Source: a virus
Lineage: Duplodnaviria > Heunggongvirae > Uroviricota > Caudoviricetes
Length of the DNA: 10,956 bases
Reading direction: 5' to 3' (one strand)
Virus record (IMG/VR): IMGVR_UViG_2541047722_000006
The notes under the pieces are model-generated. The model was not told the DNA's origin. It worked only from the letters and a program-made list of their open reading frames with translations, and ran no database searches. Positions 7,135 through 10,956 of the stretch are shown one piece after another. Numbering within the stretch: position 1 is the stretch's first letter; every line of letters starts with the position of its first letter. The translations under genes were made by a program, and so were the position numbers.

Positions 7135-7827
7135 TTAAAACAACGAGCCAAGCAGACCAAGACCAGCACCGATACCAGCACCCCACGGAGTTGATAGCTC
7201 GAGAGCACTGGCTATGCCACCACCCAAAAGCGCACCGGATGCAGCACCACTAACACCCTGCTGCAATGCTGACGGTCGGTTGGCGTTTGCCGCTGCAAGA
7301 GCCGCGCTTTGCTGTGAAATCTGACTCATGTTGTTGGCATATGTTTGCCCGGCGTTTGCCTGCCCCTGAAGAGCGCCAAGACCGATATTTGCCAGGTTGT
7401 TGTAATTGTTCATTTGTCCAGATAGCCATTGCTGACCAAGCGTTGGTGCGATTGTTGCTAACTGATTACTGGTTGCGGTGGAACCCAATCCACCTGTTGC
7501 TTCCGCTGCCGCCAGACTCTGATAGCGAGCCTGACCTGCAAGGTCTTTATACTGCTGAGAGTTGTAATACTGGTTAAGTGCCTGACCTTGCCCTTCCAGA
7601 GACGATAAGTTCTCAAGGCTGCCGACATACTTCCCAGCCAGAGGAGTAAACAGCTTCAGGTTGTTCATGATGGTGTTGAACTGCTGATTTTGCAGGTCTG
7701 CGGCATACTTCTGAGCTTCTGCTGCATACTTTGCGCTTTTATCAGAACTGCCACCTTTCCCGCCTTTTTCAGGGTAATAAGGTTCCTCGCCGCGCAGTTT
7801 TCTGCCCAGCGTAAATGCATATAACAT
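7135..7827 (-). CDS. P22 gp7-like DNA-ejection (transfer) protein, 230 aa
   Basis: ATG at 7827 with GGGAGA 5 nt upstream. The N-terminus MLYAFTLGRKLRGEEPYYPEKGGKGG matches my memory of P22 gp7 (229 aa); the C-terminus is glycine-rich and hydrophobic. Confidence 0.85.
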   Translation of the reverse strand: MLYAFTLGRKLRGEEPYYPEKGGKGGSSDKSAKYAAEAQKYAADLQNQQFNTIMNNLKLFTPLAGKYVGSLENLSSLEGQGQALNQYYNSQQYKDLAGQARYQSLAAAEATGGLGSTATSNQLATIAPTLGQQWLSGQMNNYNNLANIGLGALQGQANAGQTYANNMSQISQQSAALAAANANRPSALQQGVSGAASGALLGGGIASALELSTPWGAGIGAGLGLLGSLF

Positions 7828-7829
7828 GG

Positions 7830-8285
7830 CTATCTCCCGTGATTCAGGAAGTCGATTAGTTCTTCGCGTGTGGCGCTGTAAAACGTCACGTCATCCACGC
7901 CTTTGAAGTATTTCTTGATGGTTCCTACACGCTTAAGGCCAATCATTGCGCAGTACATCTGCCCGTGGCGGAATTTGCGTGCAGCAAATGATGTGACGCA
8001 CTGAACGGTGGTGTTGGTCAGAATGTATCGCCAGAACGCCAGCCCTATTTCCTTGCTGAAGCCGCGAATCTCTGGCAGGTACATGGCGTGGCAATCGAAT
8101 GTAAGCGGCTGAATCTCCTGATAGTAAACAATGCCGCCAAACTGACCGTGCACGTTCACCTCAAAGTAACGGCAATCAGGTTTGTAGTCGTATCCATCAC
8201 CGTTGTTGCTCCCGGCGATGATGTCAGGGTGATTTCCTACTGCTTCGATCAGGTCGATGTTTCGCGTTGGTTTGAATGTAATCAT
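7830..8285 (-). CDS. P22 gp14-like virion/head assembly protein, 151 aa
   Basis: ATG at 8285 overlaps the gp26 stop (TGATG). Assigned mainly by synteny between the tail needle and gp7; I do not recall the P22 gp14 sequence. Confidence 0.7.
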   Translation of the reverse strand: MITFKPTRNIDLIEAVGNHPDIIAGSNNGDGYDYKPDCRYFEVNVHGQFGGIVYYQEIQPLTFDCHAMYLPEIRGFSKEIGLAFWRYILTNTTVQCVTSFAARKFRHGQMYCAMIGLKRVGTIKKYFKGVDDVTFYSATREELIDFLNHGR

Positions 8286-8986
8286 CAGTCAATCAGCCCA
8301 TGTAATCTAAGTGCTGTTTCAAGCGCCAGAATACGCTGCCGCGCCTGCTCCAAACCTGTAGCGATAGCTGCGACTTCGGATTGTGTGTACGTAGTGCCGA
8401 CCGTGTATGACTGGTTAGCGTTGAATGAGCCAAGAAGTGGTGTGCCTGTGGCCGCTGTCCATCCGGTCTGCCTTGCTCCAACGACCTGAATTCCATCAAC
8501 TGAATATGATGTTTTTACATCCAGCGGTGACGCAAGAGACTGCGATTCTGTTACGGTTTTCGATACGTAATCACTCTTAATGTCAGATATATCGCTTTCT
8601 ACGCCATCCAGTCTTTGGTCAACAGTGACCAGATGCGCCTGAATATCGATAACCTCATCCAGCAAGTAATCAACATCGCTACGCAGTACAACTATCTTCC
8701 CTTCGGCGGTTGTTAACCTGACCTCAAGGAGATTTATCGCTTTTGTGTTTGCGGTGATTCTTGCATCGTGGTCAGCCAGTTCGACATCCTGTTCATCGTT
8801 TTTCACCTGAGCATCGTAAGCGCCCTGACCAGCCTGATTTGCTTTCCCGGCAATTGCGCCGACATCAGCCCCCTGATTAATGACATACAGCAGGTAAGAC
8901 TGGCTGAATATATTGCGTGGAAGGATTGATGTATCGAGCCGCGTCGCCTGCACAATAACAGGGGTGTTGAGATTCGAATCAGCCAT
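8285..8986 (-). CDS. Tail needle protein (P22 gp26-like), 233 aa
   Basis: Start taken as the ATG at 8986, which overlaps the gp10 stop (TAATG). From there the protein begins [73 protein letters not shown], close to the P22 gp26 N-terminus as I recall it, and ends ...LRLHGLID. The longer ORF-track version starts at a GTG (9088) inside gp10. Confidence 0.85.
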   Translation of the reverse strand: MADSNLNTPVIVQATRLDTSILPRNIFSQSYLLYVINQGADVGAIAGKANQAGQGAYDAQVKNDEQDVELADHDARITANTKAINLLEVRLTTAEGKIVVLRSDVDYLLDEVIDIQAHLVTVDQRLDGVESDISDIKSDYVSKTVTESQSLASPLDVKTSYSVDGIQVVGARQTGWTAATGTPLLGSFNANQSYTVGTTYTQSEVAAIATGLEQARQRILALETALRLHGLID

Positions 8987-10404
8987 TACTCGATCCTTAT
9001 CTGGCAGCCAGACAGAGTGACAGGTGACTTCGTGATAACGCGCAATTTGAAGCCGACATTTTTCCTGATGCGCCCGACTCGCTTCCACAAAACGCGTTTG
9101 TCGTAAACAAACGGTTCATTCTGCTCAATCATCTGCTCACGACCGTAATTGATGCCGTCAGTGGTTGCAGAGAGAAAAAGGCGGTCGGCGTACTGCGCAA
9201 CGCCAGTTGAAGATTCAACTTCAAGGTCGAAAACTCTGGCGTTATCCGCTTTGAACAGAGGAGTAAACAGCAGATGCTCCTGTTGCTTGTCGTACTGGCT
9301 GCTGATGTCGAATTGCAATTTCCCGGTCACGGACTCCAGCTTATCGCCGCACGTTATCTGATTGCCTTCGTAAATGAAGTCGATAGCGCGGTACACATCG
9401 TCATACAGACCTGTTTTCAGTACACACCATTGCGGAGCATTGGCGCTTGAAGATGCGTCGTATACGAGGACATGGCGCGGAAGATGGATAATCAGCAGCT
9501 CATGCGCATCAAATCGCAGAGACTCCATCACACCATCAGCCAGTTCATCAGCAGTGTAGGAGCGAAGAATTTTCTCAATGCTCGCGCTGGCGATTGGTGA
9601 CACCTGCCCGGAACCGATGATGTATACAGACGGCGCACCTGTTGCCGGATTGCTGATGAACGCATAGGAATCAGCGAATGGCGTTTTGCAATAGGTTCCG
9701 GCGATGCCTTTTTGCACCATCAGTGATGGCTGTGCGACATACAAAGCAGCACCAACGGTGGTTGCGCCAGTCAGGGAGAAATATTCAATAGTCGATGAAC
9801 CAAAGCAGACGATGAAGTCTCGCCATGTCCCGATACCGATGATGCCGTCCGGCTGCGATTCTGCGCGATATTGTGCACTGTATCGGTCAGGGTGCGATTC
9901 GTCTTCAAGGTCAGTGATAAACCATGAATCAGTTCCGTCTTTTGACCACGCATAACGCCCACGTAAGCGAGTAATGTCGCGAACTGAACCTAACTCATAC
10001 TGCGTGAATCCACTGTCTGTAGGCCAGTTTGAGACGGTTTTAACCGTGCCATCATAACGATACTCGACCAGTTGACCATTAACGCCTACAGCCTGTGATG
10101 TTCGACCATGCGCCATTGATACGCGACCACTTCCGGCGACGTCACCGACTTCGCTTTCTCCTTTGTACAGCTTGCCGCCACACACGCGATAAACAGCACT
10201 CTGCGCCATGTTGTACTCGACGCCGCGCGATATACCATTCACATCAGAACGTTTGGCAATGCCCGGGAATGAGCGAAGATATCCGCTGCTGTTCAGGATT
10301 TCTTTGGGCGTAGCCAACATATTCACTGGCAGATAGTCGATATAGTCGGCGTTTCGAAAGTCTTTGCCGACACCTTTCATAAGCGGAAGTTGCTGAATCG
10401 GCAT
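8986..10404 (-). CDS. P22 gp10-like head-completion / packaged-DNA stabilisation protein, 472 aa
   Basis: ATG at 10404 with GAGGTG 5 nt upstream. The N-terminus [49 protein letters not shown] matches my memory of P22 gp10, and the length is the same (472 aa). Confidence 0.9.
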   Translation of the reverse strand: MPIQQLPLMKGVGKDFRNADYIDYLPVNMLATPKEILNSSGYLRSFPGIAKRSDVNGISRGVEYNMAQSAVYRVCGGKLYKGESEVGDVAGSGRVSMAHGRTSQAVGVNGQLVEYRYDGTVKTVSNWPTDSGFTQYELGSVRDITRLRGRYAWSKDGTDSWFITDLEDESHPDRYSAQYRAESQPDGIIGIGTWRDFIVCFGSSTIEYFSLTGATTVGAALYVAQPSLMVQKGIAGTYCKTPFADSYAFISNPATGAPSVYIIGSGQVSPIASASIEKILRSYTADELADGVMESLRFDAHELLIIHLPRHVLVYDASSSANAPQWCVLKTGLYDDVYRAIDFIYEGNQITCGDKLESVTGKLQFDISSQYDKQQEHLLFTPLFKADNARVFDLEVESSTGVAQYADRLFLSATTDGINYGREQMIEQNEPFVYDKRVLWKRVGRIRKNVGFKLRVITKSPVTLSGCQIRIE

Positions 10405-10413
10405 TTATTCACC

Positions 10414-10861
10414 TCACGTACTCGGATCATCTTTCTCGATGTAAAACCGATTCCACGTAAACGCGCTTTTGTTACCACTACCGCGAGGCATGTCATTTCG
10501 CCGCTCAAGTGGTGGTATTTTGGTTAAAGCGATACAGATTGTCTGATATGCACTGTCAGCAGCGGTAAGGAGAGCGTCTGACGGCTGAATGACGTTATCC
10601 ATGCACACTTGCACAGCGAGTTTCAAAGCGACGCCATCATTTGCCCATGCAGGGATGCCTGAATCATCGTCAGGTAACGGCATGATGCCGTTTTCTGTAT
10701 CAGCAAACTGATACCCAAGCTCGATACCTTTCGCCTGCCATGCTGCCATCATGTCTTCGAGGTCATTAATGGCATCTTCAATTGCCTGAGGGTCAGCATC
10801 TGTCAACGTGGCATTGGAATACAGCCCGGCTTTTCGTAAAGCCTTTAGAACGAGATCACCC
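10414..10861 (-). pseudogene. P22 gp4-like head-completion / packaged-DNA stabilisation protein, 5' end interrupted by IS629
   Basis: The minus frame is open from the IS629 junction (10861) to TGA at 10416-10414. The translation from the junction, GDLVLKALRKAGLYSNATLTDADPQAIEDAINDLEDMMAAWQ, resembles the P22 gp4 N-terminal region (MQIKTKGDLVRAALRKLG... as I recall it), so only a few codons and the start codon are missing. The TTG at 10806 used by the ORF track is not a credible start. Confidence 0.7.
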
Positions 10862-10956
10862 TGAACCGCCCCGGGAATCCTGGAGACTAAACTTCCTGAG
10901 AAAGAGGTAAACAGGATGACTAAAAATACTCGTTTTTCCCCCGAAGTCCGTCAACG
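10862..10956 (+). mobile_element. IS629 (IS3 family), partial copy running off the window end; left terminal repeat at 10862
   Basis: 10862-10956 is identical to the first 95 bp of the complete copy (TGAACCGCCCCGGGAATCCTGGAGACTAAACTTCCTGAGAAAGAGGTAAACAGGATGACTAAAAATACTCG...). Confidence 0.9.
10916..10956 (+). CDS. IS629 transposase OrfA, first 13 codons (continues beyond window end)
   Basis: ATG at 10916 with the same AGAGGT ribosome-binding site as the complete copy; translation [13 protein letters not shown]. Confidence 0.8.
   Translation, partial: MTKNTRFSPEVRQ

Noticed and set aside
4874-10313. Short ORFs embedded in the structural genes (4874-5215, 5442-5645, 5651-6049, 6252-6467, 6689-6955, 7003-7194, 7266-7577, 8088-8489, 8293-8499, 9149-9361, 9374-9559, 9704-9955, 9771-9962, 10095-10313)
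   Set aside because: All are antisense to or out of frame with long, syntenic P22-like genes; the translations are Arg/Cys/Ser-rich in the way typical of wrong-frame reading of GC-richer coding DNA.
10414-10806. gp4 as a complete 130-aa gene starting at 10806
   Set aside because: The codon at 10806 is TTG with no ribosome-binding site; the frame continues open into IS629, and homology to the gp4 N-terminal region extends upstream of it.
1-10956. Search for tRNA, rRNA, CRISPR repeats or an attachment site
   Set aside because: No cloverleaf-like conserved tRNA motifs, no rRNA-like sequence, and no regularly spaced direct repeats were seen; nothing to report.

Overview
The window is the late (virion completion and DNA-ejection) region of a P22-like prophage, apparently defective, in what is probably an Escherichia/Shigella-type genome (inference from IS629 and phage gene content). 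The late genes run on the minus strand in P22 order: gp4, gp10, gp26 (tail needle), gp14, gp7, gp20, gp16. Three copies of the IS3-family element IS629 are present: a partial copy at 1-219 (minus orientation), a complete 1310-bp copy at 3495-4804 inserted into gp16 with a 3-bp GTT target-site duplication, and a partial copy from 10862 to the window end that interrupts the 5' end of gp4. Between the end of gp16 and the first IS629 lies an AT-rich accessory segment (220-2347) that I think is the most interesting part. It holds a tightly coupled two-gene operon (an unrecognised 188-aa protein followed by a YafO-family toxin-like protein, with a predicted promoter/operator and a clean terminator), a divergently transcribed small multi-pass membrane protein, and a ClpP-like serine peptidase gene truncated at its 5' end by IS629. 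No rRNA, tRNA or CRISPR array was seen. All protein identifications rest on reading the translations and on motifs and synteny recalled from memory; no database search was run.
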